A stretch of 44,772 nt of DNA from an uncultured archaeon (lineage in GTDB: Archaea > Thermoproteota > EX4484-205 > JAAOZP01), in contig CALIBN010000023.1 of the NCBI GenBank assembly GCA_938045545.1, positions 1 through 44,772 of the forward strand. The letters run 5' to 3'. The position numbers were made by a program, and so were the translations under genes. Below the pieces are notes generated by a model. It was not told the DNA's origin, searched no databases, and saw only the letters and a program-made list of their open reading frames with translations. Position 1 is the first letter of the stretch; the number at the start of each line of letters is the position of its first letter. This document shows positions 19,530-27,734 of the stretch, piece after piece.

Positions 19530-19682
19530 ATGCCTGAACTCCAGTGTTTAGCCTGCAACAGGGTTATAAGCGAGGAGGAAATGTCAGAGTTTAGAGGGGA
19601 TGTGAGATGTCCCTACTGCGGCTTCAGGGTTCTAAAGAAGACACGTTCGAAAAAGATTGCTAAACAGGTTTTTTCCGAGTAA
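19530..19682 (+). CDS. rpoP: RNA polymerase subunit Rpo12/RpoP (50 aa, absent from the ORF track)
   Basis: Hand translation gives MPELQCLACNRVISEEEMSEFRGDVRCPYCGFRVLKKTRSKKIAKQVFSE, with CxxC...VRCPYCGFRVLxKxR. Confidence 0.93.
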   Translation: MPELQCLACNRVISEEEMSEFRGDVRCPYCGFRVLKKTRSKKIAKQVFSE

Positions 19683-19684
19683 AC

Positions 19685-19694
19685 TTTATATAAA
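19685..19694 (+). promoter_or_regulatory. TATA box upstream of the structured element
   Basis: TTTATATAAA starts 24 nt before the first paired base at 19709. Confidence 0.55.
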
Positions 19695-19708
19695 CCTCCA
19701 TAGGTCCG

Positions 19709-19835
19709 TATTCGGGAAACGGTGAGGGTCGTCCTCCGTGTATTGGTTGATTCTAAATATCCGTGAGGACATCCCCCACCCTCACCGTTTTCCGTTAAAG
19801 TTGCGACGGTGGGCTCGTGCTTCCCGAATATTTTT
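19709..19835 (+). ncRNA. Putative structured non-coding RNA of unknown class (alternative: origin-like inverted repeat)
   Basis: P1 TATTCGGGAA 19709-18 / TTCCCGAATA 19821-30; P2 AAACGGTGAGGGT 19717-29 / ACCCTCACCGTTT 19778-90; GTCCTC 19731-36 / GAGGAC 19765-70; CCGTT 19792-96 / GACGG 19805-09. TATA box before and T5 run after. Confidence 0.55.
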
Positions 19836-19913
19836 CGAAGAGGCTACTCGGCAGAGCGAGCAAAAACAAGTCTGAAAACAAAGTTTTTAAACCGCTTGGT
19901 TAGTTTTGAAGAA

Positions 19914-20003
19914 GGGGTCGTCGTCTAGAGTTTAAACGGGAAGCTTGGTCTAGGATACCAGCCTGGGGCGCTGGCGACCTGGGTTCAAATCCCGGCGACC
20001 CCA
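19914..20003 (+). tRNA. tRNA-Pro(GGG) with a 15-nt intron in the D-loop (about position 15/16; intron ~19929-19943)
   Basis: Acceptor GGGGTCG/CGACCCC-A, anticodon arm CCAGC-CTGGGGC-GCTGG, T arm CTGGG-TTCAAAT-CCCGG. Removing AGTTTAAACGGGAAG restores GTCTAGCTTGGTCTAGGAT. CCA is not encoded; a TTTTTAAA box lies upstream. Confidence 0.93.
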
Positions 20004-20097
20004 TTATTTTAACCAGGTTTACTTCAAGCCCTGCTTGCCTAGTAAATCCCCGGGTTCCCGAAAAGTTTATACGTACAACTTTCTAGTCTGTTCAACA

Positions 20098-20322
20098 TTG
20101 CCTGCTTACTATTGTCCGGAATGCGGGGGGGAGTTGAGGTACGAGCCTACTACTAAGATATATGTTTGCAAGGCCTGCGGAAGAGTTTACGAGATAGAGG
20201 AGCTGAAGACTACTAAGGAGAGGTTTCTGAAATCTGTGATGGAGAGCGATGAGGAGAAGAGGAAGAAGCGTAGGCGGGAAATTGTTAAATGGTGGCTGGG
20301 CGAGAAGTCGGTGGAGGAGTAG
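20098..20322 (+). CDS. Small Zn-ribbon protein with a charged helical tail
   Basis: CPECGGEL...YVCKACG. The likely start is TTG 20098, after a TTTATA box at ~20066. Confidence 0.75.
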   Translation: MPAYYCPECGGELRYEPTTKIYVCKACGRVYEIEELKTTKERFLKSVMESDEEKRKKRRREIVKWWLGEKSVEE

Positions 20323-20500
20323 CTCAGAATCTATACCCTTGGTTTAAATGTTTCATTGCTAAAAGGTTTGAGAACATCAACAAATAAATGTAAATGAGTG
20401 ATTAAGCAGGTCAGGCGGATTTTTTATGAATAAGGGGGTGCTTACTCTCGGTTATGAGTAATTTTTAAAAAGCCGAGGGTTTTCGAGTCTATTTACAAGG

Positions 20501-21760
20501 ATGAGTGATCTAGCTGACCGTTTTAGGCTTTCTAGCATCAGTGTCGAGGAAAAACAATACGTTGAGCGGATAATGCTTGACGTAAGGAGAAGAGGCGATA
20601 AGGCTCTTTTAGACTATACTTCTCGCCCTAAGCCTTTTGACAATGTCAAACTTGCCAAGAGCCAGCTTATGGTCAGCGGGAAAGAGCTTAAGGAATCTGA
20701 AGAGAGGATAAAGGTTGAAGTTAAGAAAGCAATCCTTTTTTTGATGAAAAACGTTAAGAAAGTAGTTAAGCTGCAGATGAAGGCTTTTCGGCCAATTGCC
20801 TTCCGTGAAAGAGGGTTTGAGTATTCTCTGCGCCTCTACCCTCTTGAGAGAATAGGCGTTCTGGTTCCAGGTGGAAGAGCATCCTACGTTTCAACCTTAG
20901 TCATGGCAGCTTACCCGGCTGTCTTAATTGGTGTTAGGGAGGTTCATATTTTAACTCCTCCGAGGCCAGACGGGTCTGTCAATCCGGCGATACTTTACGC
21001 TGCCAGATTAATGGGTTTAACAAGGGTTTACCGGTGCAACATGGTTGCTGGGGTGGGTGCTCTGGCTTTCGGCACAAAGTCTATTCCGAGGGTTGACAAG
21101 ATATTCGGCCCGGGAAACAAGTTTGTGATGATAGCGAAGATGGTTGCAAGCAGTTATGGTGTTTCGATAGATATTCCCGCAGGGCCTTCGGAGCTTGTTG
21201 TGCTCGCAGATTCGAGTGCAGACCCTCGTTTAATAGCACTAGACTTAGCTGCACAGGCTGAACACTCGCCTGCTTCCTTTACGGCACTCGTCACAGATTC
21301 ACGCCGCGTAGCGAAGTCTGTTGAGAAAATATTCAAGATGCTTTCTGAAAGACGCCATTTAAAGGCAAGGCTGAACCTATATCTGGTTGGATCCATACAG
21401 GAAGGTGTGGGAAAATGCAACCTGCTAGCACCAGAACATGTTTCCCTACACGTTAAGAATCCTAGGGCAATTGCTGGTAAGCTGACGGTCGCGGGGACGG
21501 TTTTTCTAGGTGGATGTTCGCCACCGGCTATAGGCGATTATGCCTCTGGGAGCAACCATATTCTCCCAACCTCTGGTCATGCGAAAGCAAGGGGTGGAGT
21601 GACCGTACTAGACTACCTAAGGCTTGTCTCCTATCAGGGTTTTTCCATGAAATATGTGAAATCAGTTAGCAGGCATGTTGAGGCCCTGAGCAATGCAGAG
21701 GGGCTCCCACTCCATGGTGTGAGCGTTAAGGCGAGGCTAACTAGGAGGCTGGCTGTATGA
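20501..21760 (+). CDS. hisD: Histidinol dehydrogenase
   Basis: VPGG, DKIFGPGNKFV, IDIPAGPSE, QAEH, APEH, GDY, NHILPT and EGLPLH motifs. Confidence 0.9.
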   Translation: MSDLADRFRLSSISVEEKQYVERIMLDVRRRGDKALLDYTSRPKPFDNVKLAKSQLMVSGKELKESEERIKVEVKKAILFLMKNVKKVVKLQMKAFRPIAFRERGFEYSLRLYPLERIGVLVPGGRASYVSTLVMAAYPAVLIGVREVHILTPPRPDGSVNPAILYAARLMGLTRVYRCNMVAGVGALAFGTKSIPRVDKIFGPGNKFVMIAKMVASSYGVSIDIPAGPSELVVLADSSADPRLIALDLAAQAEHSPASFTALVTDSRRVAKSVEKIFKMLSERRHLKARLNLYLVGSIQEGVGKCNLLAPEHVSLHVKNPRAIAGKLTVAGTVFLGGCSPPAIGDYASGSNHILPTSGHAKARGGVTVLDYLRLVSYQGFSMKYVKSVSRHVEALSNAEGLPLHGVSVKARLTRRLAV

Positions 21761-22530
21761 AAGCCATCTTCCTAATAGGTACTGCTGGAAGCGGTAAGAC
21801 AACCTTTGTAAAAAACTTCTCCCAATGGATGGAGGATAAGGGAGTGGATGTAGCAAGGATTAACCTGGACCCAGGAGTTATAAGCCTACCCTATCCTGCT
21901 GATTTTGATGTTAGAACATACGTTGACACAGAGAAACTGATGAGGGATATTGGACTCGGGCCCAATAGCGCCCTGACGGTTGCTTCAGACCTTATAGCTG
22001 TTAAGGTTCATGAGATAAGTGAGGAGATCGAGGCAATGGGTCACGAGCTTGCTCTAATCGACACCCCCGGCCAGATAGAGCTTTTCGCCTTTAGACCAGT
22101 TGGAAGAGCATTCTCTGAGAGATTCCTCAAGGGTCCGAGGATGGTGATATACCTGTTTGATTACGTTCTAATGCTCGAACCATTGAGCTTCTTAGCCTCG
22201 CTCTACCTATGCATGTCTGTATACGCTTCCCTCACAATGCCTCAGCTTAACGTTATTAACAAGGTGGATTTAGTTGAACCACGTGTGGTTAGAAGGATTG
22301 AAGAATGGTATTCGAACCATTTGAAGCTCTACGAGGCCATTACTAAATCATACAGGGGGGAGAAACTGAAGCTGGGGCAGGAGCTTTCAAGAGCATTATC
22401 TCTCTTAAGCAGCTTAAATAAGCCTATGCCTGTTTCAGCCGTCACGATGGAGGGGTTTGTAGACGTTTATTCCCAAGTGACAAGGATTCTCGGCACTGGC
22501 GAGGAATTCTCACAGGAACAGGCTTTTTAA
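21757..22530 (+). CDS. GPN-loop GTPase
   Basis: GTAGSGKT, NLDPG, LGPN, DTPGQIELF and NKVD motifs. Confidence 0.93.
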   Translation: MKAIFLIGTAGSGKTTFVKNFSQWMEDKGVDVARINLDPGVISLPYPADFDVRTYVDTEKLMRDIGLGPNSALTVASDLIAVKVHEISEEIEAMGHELALIDTPGQIELFAFRPVGRAFSERFLKGPRMVIYLFDYVLMLEPLSFLASLYLCMSVYASLTMPQLNVINKVDLVEPRVVRRIEEWYSNHLKLYEAITKSYRGEKLKLGQELSRALSLLSSLNKPMPVSAVTMEGFVDVYSQVTRILGTGEEFSQEQAF

Positions 22531-22565
22531 ACGATTTCTGGACGTGGGAAATATTTATTAAACCA

Positions 22566-23462
22566 TTGTTAAGGTTACTCAGCGATTTGCCCGCCTTCCA
22601 GGAAACCGAGGGCCTTGAGTCAAAGGCTTATGTTAGACAGATTGAGGAGGAGCTTAAGAAACAGAAGGAGAAGCTTACAGGTCTCGTAGCCCGTAGAAGA
22701 CAGCTAAGGGACCAGATTGCAGCGATAAGCAAGCAGATTGATGAATACGTTGCTAAGAGAAACGAGCTTAACGAGCAGATTAAGAAGATTAAGGATGATA
22801 TAGACCGGCTGAGGGCTTCGGAGAAAAACCTTAAGGAGGAAATGGAGCGTAAAAGAGTTGTTATAAAAAGCCGCTCTAGGAAGATAAGGATAAGTGAGAA
22901 GGAGGCTAGGGCACAGCTCTCAAGGCTTGAATGGAGGCTTGCGACAGAGCACTTAGAACCTAAAGAGGAGGCTGAGCTTGTTAAAGAGATCGAGAGGGCT
23001 AGGGCGATTCTGCGCGAGGTTGAAGCAGTAGTCAACATGAGGAAGAACATTGGCGATTTCGAAAAGAAGATAGGTGAAATAACCTCCATGATAATGGAGA
23101 AGAATAATGAGAAGGCTAAGCTTGTGGAATCTTCTAATCTCTACCATGCTAAGATTAAACAGCTTTTGGAGGATAAGAGAATAAAAAAAGACGAGCTTGC
23201 TAAACTTGATTCAGAGATAGATGAGGCTAGGAAGAAGAAGGACGAGCTTTTCATGAAAATGGTTGAGATAGATGCTAAATCCTACTTAGCTAGAATGAGG
23301 CGTGTGCTTATGATGCAGGAGGAGCATGCAAAGCGTTTAAAAATGGAGGAGGCTGTTAAAAGCAAGCTTGCTCTGGATGCTCAGGAGAAGCTTAAACGCG
23401 GCGAGTCGCTGGACTGGGAAGAGTTTAAGGCTATGATAGAGGTGCAGGGTGGTAAACCCTAA
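22566..23462 (+). CDS. Conserved archaeal coiled-coil protein (COG1340-like)
   Basis: Continuous heptads, LEWRLATEHLEPKEEAELV and C-terminal EKLKRGESLDWEEF. Start uncertain. Confidence 0.78.
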   Translation: MLRLLSDLPAFQETEGLESKAYVRQIEEELKKQKEKLTGLVARRRQLRDQIAAISKQIDEYVAKRNELNEQIKKIKDDIDRLRASEKNLKEEMERKRVVIKSRSRKIRISEKEARAQLSRLEWRLATEHLEPKEEAELVKEIERARAILREVEAVVNMRKNIGDFEKKIGEITSMIMEKNNEKAKLVESSNLYHAKIKQLLEDKRIKKDELAKLDSEIDEARKKKDELFMKMVEIDAKSYLARMRRVLMMQEEHAKRLKMEEAVKSKLALDAQEKLKRGESLDWEEFKAMIEVQGGKP

Positions 23463-23548
23463 CCAAGATAGTTTATCGTCGTTTTTAGAATTTTTGGACA
23501 TACAAAAGTTTTTTAACTATAGAATACCTCACTAACATAAAGGGCCTA

Positions 23549-24670
23549 TTGGGAGAGGATGCTAAAAGAGCTTTAATCATATGCGTGGATATGGATGACG
23601 ATGTGGGCAGTAAGACCGGGTTAGAGACCCCCATAACCGGGAGGGATAACGTGCTTAGAGCGGCTGAAAAGCTTGCCCTAGTCGACCCGGAGGAGGCTGA
23701 TTCAAACGCTATGTTCGCGTCAATAAGGCTTTTCGACGAGCTTTTCCAAAAAGGCTATTTGACGGAGGTCAGCGTGATCGGCGGCGTAAGGGACGGTGGC
23801 CTTGAAGCATCTCGAAAAGCCATGAATGAGATAATGCGTGTCGCAAACTACTTCAACCCCTCAGAGGTCTACGTTGTGACAGACGGGTTTGGAGAAGAAG
23901 ACATAGAACCGGTCATAAGGGCGAAGCTGCCTCTAGCCGGCGTGAAAAGGGTTGTGGTTAAGCAGAGCCGCTCCATAGAGGCATCCTACATAATATTCGG
24001 AAGATATTTGAAAATGCTTTTCTCAGACCCCAGGTTTAAGAAATGGTTCCTCGGGCTCGGAGGCATCCTCATAATTACGTTAACTATCCTAAGCTACTAT
24101 GGCTCCATAAGGGAGGTTTCAACCGCCTTCTGGAGCATAATAGGTTTAGCTGTTTTGATGAAGGGGTTTGACTTAGACAGGCTTGTCTCAGCAGGTCTTA
24201 AACATGTTTTCGGGGGGGAGATGCCTCCGCAATTCCTAATACTTAAAACATTGTTACTCTCCACAGGCATATCCCTAATATTGTTCGCCCTCTCCACAGG
24301 GCTTTCGACGGGTTTCCTCCCTGATGAAACCTTAATAGCTAGAATCGGGAGGTTCATCGCGCAGACAACTGATGTCATGCTTTTCGGCTTTGCGATAACG
24401 CTTTTAAGCGGTGCAATAAAATATCCTTTAACGGCTTCGAGCGTTCAAGACTCGCTTACAATACTCGCTAACATAGTGACTCTTATCCCCATGCTCAGAA
24501 CACTGGGGCTGGCTATAGCAACCCCCTCGTTCGAGCTTAGAATACTCCTCCACGTCAGCCTTCTAACCCTCATGCTTGTTTTCGCGGTGAACGTCACGGT
24601 TTTCTTAACGATGAGGCTTCTCTACTCGCTGAAAATACTTAAAATCAGCCAGAGAACAAAGATAGCCTAA
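23549..24670 (+). CDS. DUF373 family membrane protein
   Basis: ICVDMDDDVG, DPEEADSN, VTDG..EE and VVVKQS, followed by multiple TM segments. Directly upstream of uppS. Confidence 0.88.
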   Translation: MGEDAKRALIICVDMDDDVGSKTGLETPITGRDNVLRAAEKLALVDPEEADSNAMFASIRLFDELFQKGYLTEVSVIGGVRDGGLEASRKAMNEIMRVANYFNPSEVYVVTDGFGEEDIEPVIRAKLPLAGVKRVVVKQSRSIEASYIIFGRYLKMLFSDPRFKKWFLGLGGILIITLTILSYYGSIREVSTAFWSIIGLAVLMKGFDLDRLVSAGLKHVFGGEMPPQFLILKTLLLSTGISLILFALSTGLSTGFLPDETLIARIGRFIAQTTDVMLFGFAITLLSGAIKYPLTASSVQDSLTILANIVTLIPMLRTLGLAIATPSFELRILLHVSLLTLMLVFAVNVTVFLTMRLLYSLKILKISQRTKIA

Positions 24671-25473
24671 TGCTAGGGATCGTGGAAAGCATTGCTTCAA
24701 GAATTTCGAGAAACAGGCTATCTCTATGGCTTTACGAGAAGGCGCTCGCAAGACAGGTTAGACAGCTGCCGCCCCCGAAACACATAGGCATAATAATGGA
24801 TGGTAACCGAAGGTGGGCTGAATCAAAAGGCTTAGAAAGATACTTGGGGCATGTTTTCGGCGCGAAAAAGGTCGGCGAGGTTCTTAAATGGTGCTACGAT
24901 CTCGGCATAAACACGGTAACGCTCTACGTTTTCTCAACCGAGAACCTTAAAAGACCGCGTGAAGAGGTTGAATTGATATTTAGGCTCTTTAAAGATAAGC
25001 TTGTCGAGATGATGGATAAAAAGGTTCTGCATGAAAGTGGGACACGTCTCAAGGTAATAGGCAGGAGAGATCTTATTCCTGAGGAGATTATGCAATATGT
25101 TGAGAAAATCGAGAGGGAAACAGAGGGCTATTCCTCGCATTACTTGAACATAGCCTTCGCATACGGTGGGAGGGCTGAAATCGTCGACGCCGTTAAGAGT
25201 ATTGCTCGAGAGGTGGCCGAAGGATTGCTGGAACCAAGCAGCATAGATGAGGAAACTATTTCAAAAAGGCTTTACACTGCTCATCTTCCGGAGCCTGATC
25301 CCGACCTGATAATAAGAACCTCTGGAGAGGAGCGGCTCAGCAATTTTCTCCTCTGGCAGTCAGCATACAGTGAGCTGGTATTCATGGATGTGTATTGGCC
25401 TGAGTTTAGGAGGATAGATCTGCTTAGAGCAATAAGAACATATCAGAGAAGGAAGAGAAGATTTGGACTTTGA
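24670..25473 (+). CDS. uppS: cis-prenyltransferase (polyprenyl diphosphate synthase)
   Basis: HIGIIMDGNRRW, FSTEN, YGGRAEI and RTSGEERLSNFLLWQ motifs. Confidence 0.96.
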   Translation: MLGIVESIASRISRNRLSLWLYEKALARQVRQLPPPKHIGIIMDGNRRWAESKGLERYLGHVFGAKKVGEVLKWCYDLGINTVTLYVFSTENLKRPREEVELIFRLFKDKLVEMMDKKVLHESGTRLKVIGRRDLIPEEIMQYVEKIERETEGYSSHYLNIAFAYGGRAEIVDAVKSIAREVAEGLLEPSSIDEETISKRLYTAHLPEPDPDLIIRTSGEERLSNFLLWQSAYSELVFMDVYWPEFRRIDLLRAIRTYQRRKRRFGL

Positions 25474-25500
25474 GTTTTGACAAGAACTGGCTGAAGAATT

Positions 25501-26559
25501 TCACTTAAAAGAGGCGTTGGTGAGTTTTAATGGACCGGAGTCTGTTATGAGGTAAGTGTCTTCAAGCCTGACTCCGCCGACGCCAGGCATATACACTCCG
25601 GGCTCGATCGTTATAATGTTTCCTGCTTTAAGCTCCTCGTTGCTCGATGGTGAGATGGAGGGCGGCTCATGAATATCTATCCCAACTCCGTGTCCAAGGC
25701 CGTGTGCAAAATACTTGCCCAACCCATATTCTTCTAGTACTTCACAGGCCGACTTGTCTATCTCACACGCCTTAACACCTGGAAACGCCTTTCGCTCAGC
25801 AGCCTTCTTAGACTCCTCAACAGCCTCGATAATCCGAGCAGCCTCGCATTCCTCAAGCCTTTCCCCGAAAACCATCGTCCTAGTCAAATCACTTTTATAA
25901 TTGAGATAGTCTGAACCCGCGTCTATCAGCACGATGTCACCCCTCTTTAATCGTCTTGCTGAAGGTGTTGCATGAGGGTTTGACGCGTTCTCTCCGAATG
26001 CCACAATTGTTTCAAAAGCAGGTTTGAAAGCGCCCTTTAAAACTATTAGAGAGTCGTATTCGCTGGCAACCTCCACTTCCGTAGTGCCCTCGCTCAGCCT
26101 GCTTGCGATTTCGCTGACTGTTTGACTCGCTATTTCAGCAGCCCTCTTAACCTTATCTATTTCACGAGAATCCTTAACCAGCCGCATCTCCCTAACTATC
26201 CTGCTACCTGTTTTCAAGAGAACACATAGTTCTTTTTCAAGCCTCAAAGCTTCATGCATTTCTAACGCGTCGAACTCCACGTACTTCAAACCAGCCGGTT
26301 TTTCCCTTAAAAGCCTCTGCAAATATCCTTCACCCCTATCTAGCTTCACAACCCTAACCCCGTTCAGCGAGTAAGACATGTTAACACCTTCCAAGGGGGT
26401 TACGAGCAGCTTGGCTTCGCCGCTCCTAGGTATCAGAAGCAACCCTGAAACCGGCCGCTCGCTGTCGACGGCGTAGATTATGTTTCCCTGGTCCCTTAAA
26501 ACAAGCAGGTCTATGCCTGTTCTACTCAACCTGTTTTGAATTATTTCTATCCTGCTCAT
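25501..26559 (-). CDS. Xaa-Pro peptidase (M24B)
   Basis: PH, IDAG, SDLTRT, HGLGHGVGIDIHE, TIEPGVY and GVRLED motifs. Confidence 0.93.
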   Translation of the reverse strand: MSRIEIIQNRLSRTGIDLLVLRDQGNIIYAVDSERPVSGLLLIPRSGEAKLLVTPLEGVNMSYSLNGVRVVKLDRGEGYLQRLLREKPAGLKYVEFDALEMHEALRLEKELCVLLKTGSRIVREMRLVKDSREIDKVKRAAEIASQTVSEIASRLSEGTTEVEVASEYDSLIVLKGAFKPAFETIVAFGENASNPHATPSARRLKRGDIVLIDAGSDYLNYKSDLTRTMVFGERLEECEAARIIEAVEESKKAAERKAFPGVKACEIDKSACEVLEEYGLGKYFAHGLGHGVGIDIHEPPSISPSSNEELKAGNIITIEPGVYMPGVGGVRLEDTYLITDSGPLKLTNASFK

Positions 26560-27082
26560 ACGCAGGCTCTTTTTGAAGTCGTGCTCTTAAAGCTTGCTTG
26601 AGCTCATCATCGCTACGTACACCGAAAATGCTTAATCCGGTTGGAGTCAGCCTAAGCATCTTGCTCCTTCCCTCCCTGCTCGCTTCAAGCAACCCCATTT
26701 CAACCAGCCTCTTAATCTGCTTGTATGTATGCGTTCCCCTGAGGCTTACGATCCTGGATTGAGCTATGGGCTGTTTCAAACCTATGAGTGTGAGCGTTTT
26801 CAACATGGCTCTACTCATCATTGGCTTAACACCTATCCTTTTAACGAAGCCGGAGTATTCGGACTTAACCCTTAACATGTAGTTCCCCTGCCCTATCTCA
26901 ACTATTTCCAAACTCGTGTCCCTGGCTCTGTATTCTTCAGCCAGTTCTCTCAATGCTTTCTCAACTTTCTCAACCTTCCTGGCGCCTGCCGCCGACTTTA
27001 ACTGTCTTATTGTCAAGGGTCTTCCAGACGCGAAAAGAGCCGCCTCAATCCTCTTCCTATACTCCGAGTCCCTGGAAACCAT
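26522..27082 (-). CDS. scpB: Segregation/condensation protein B (kite)
   Basis: IEAALFASGRPL, TLTLIGLKQPI and LRG. Downstream of smc-scpA. Confidence 0.92.
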   Translation of the reverse strand: MVSRDSEYRKRIEAALFASGRPLTIRQLKSAAGARKVEKVEKALRELAEEYRARDTSLEIVEIGQGNYMLRVKSEYSGFVKRIGVKPMMSRAMLKTLTLIGLKQPIAQSRIVSLRGTHTYKQIKRLVEMGLLEASREGRSKMLRLTPTGLSIFGVRSDDELKQALRARLQKEPAYEQDRNNSKQVE

Positions 27083-27734
27083 TCTCCATCACTATGTAGT
27101 ACTCGCCCTCCTCGAAAAGAATGTCGAAACCCGGTTCGGACAGTAGGAAGAGAATCAATATAAAGGTTCTAGCCATCTCCAATGGCTGTTTGCCTTCTAG
27201 CAGGGAGCTTAATGAAACTCTTCCCTCCAGGCTGAGCATCATGTAGATGGTGTTCCTGAACTCCTCGACCCTGCTCTCAATCTCTCTTATGAAATCATCC
27301 TGCTGGGGTACGATTGGTGGAAGCACCTCCTCCTCCGGAGCCCTTTTAGAGTAGGCCTTTTCCAGTATTTCCGAGAGAGCTTTTACTAGGCGTTCAAGAT
27401 CTATAACTGGCTGAGACGGCCTGATAGGAGCCTCGAGAGGGCTTATTTTCTCAAGCAGCTCCAGGGGAACATCCAGCGTCTCCTCTGAACTAAGAGCCTC
27501 CTTATGCTTAAGCTCAGAGTCTATTGAGAGAAGCACCTCGGTCTTTCTAAGATAGATTATTGAGGATGCTAGCAGCACTAGTCCGGATAGCGTGAACTGC
27601 AAATATCCCTTTTCACGCAGCTCACCGGATATTTGCTTCAGTATCCCTGCGATCTTAATATCCCAAGGGTTTACTCTCCTGAGTTTAATCAGGTCGAACA
27701 CTATATCCGTTGCTTTCCGTGACTCACTCGACAA
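27057..27734 (-). CDS. scpA: Kleisin ScpA
   Basis: NPWDIKI, SGLVLLASSIIYLRKTE and C-terminal TFILILFL wHTH. Lies between smc and scpB. Confidence 0.88.
   Translation of the reverse strand: MSSESRKATDIVFDLIKLRRVNPWDIKIAGILKQISGELREKGYLQFTLSGLVLLASSIIYLRKTEVLLSIDSELKHKEALSSEETLDVPLELLEKISPLEAPIRPSQPVIDLERLVKALSEILEKAYSKRAPEEEVLPPIVPQQDDFIREIESRVEEFRNTIYMMLSLEGRVSLSSLLEGKQPLEMARTFILILFLLSEPGFDILFEEGEYYIVMENGFQGLGV

Noticed and set aside
19709-19830. 5S rRNA or hammerhead ribozyme as the identity of the structured element
   Set aside because: Size and three-way junction fit 5S, but the conserved loop C/loop A words (CCGAAC/TCGAAC, GAAGTTAAG) are absent on both strands. There is no CTGANGA core for a hammerhead.
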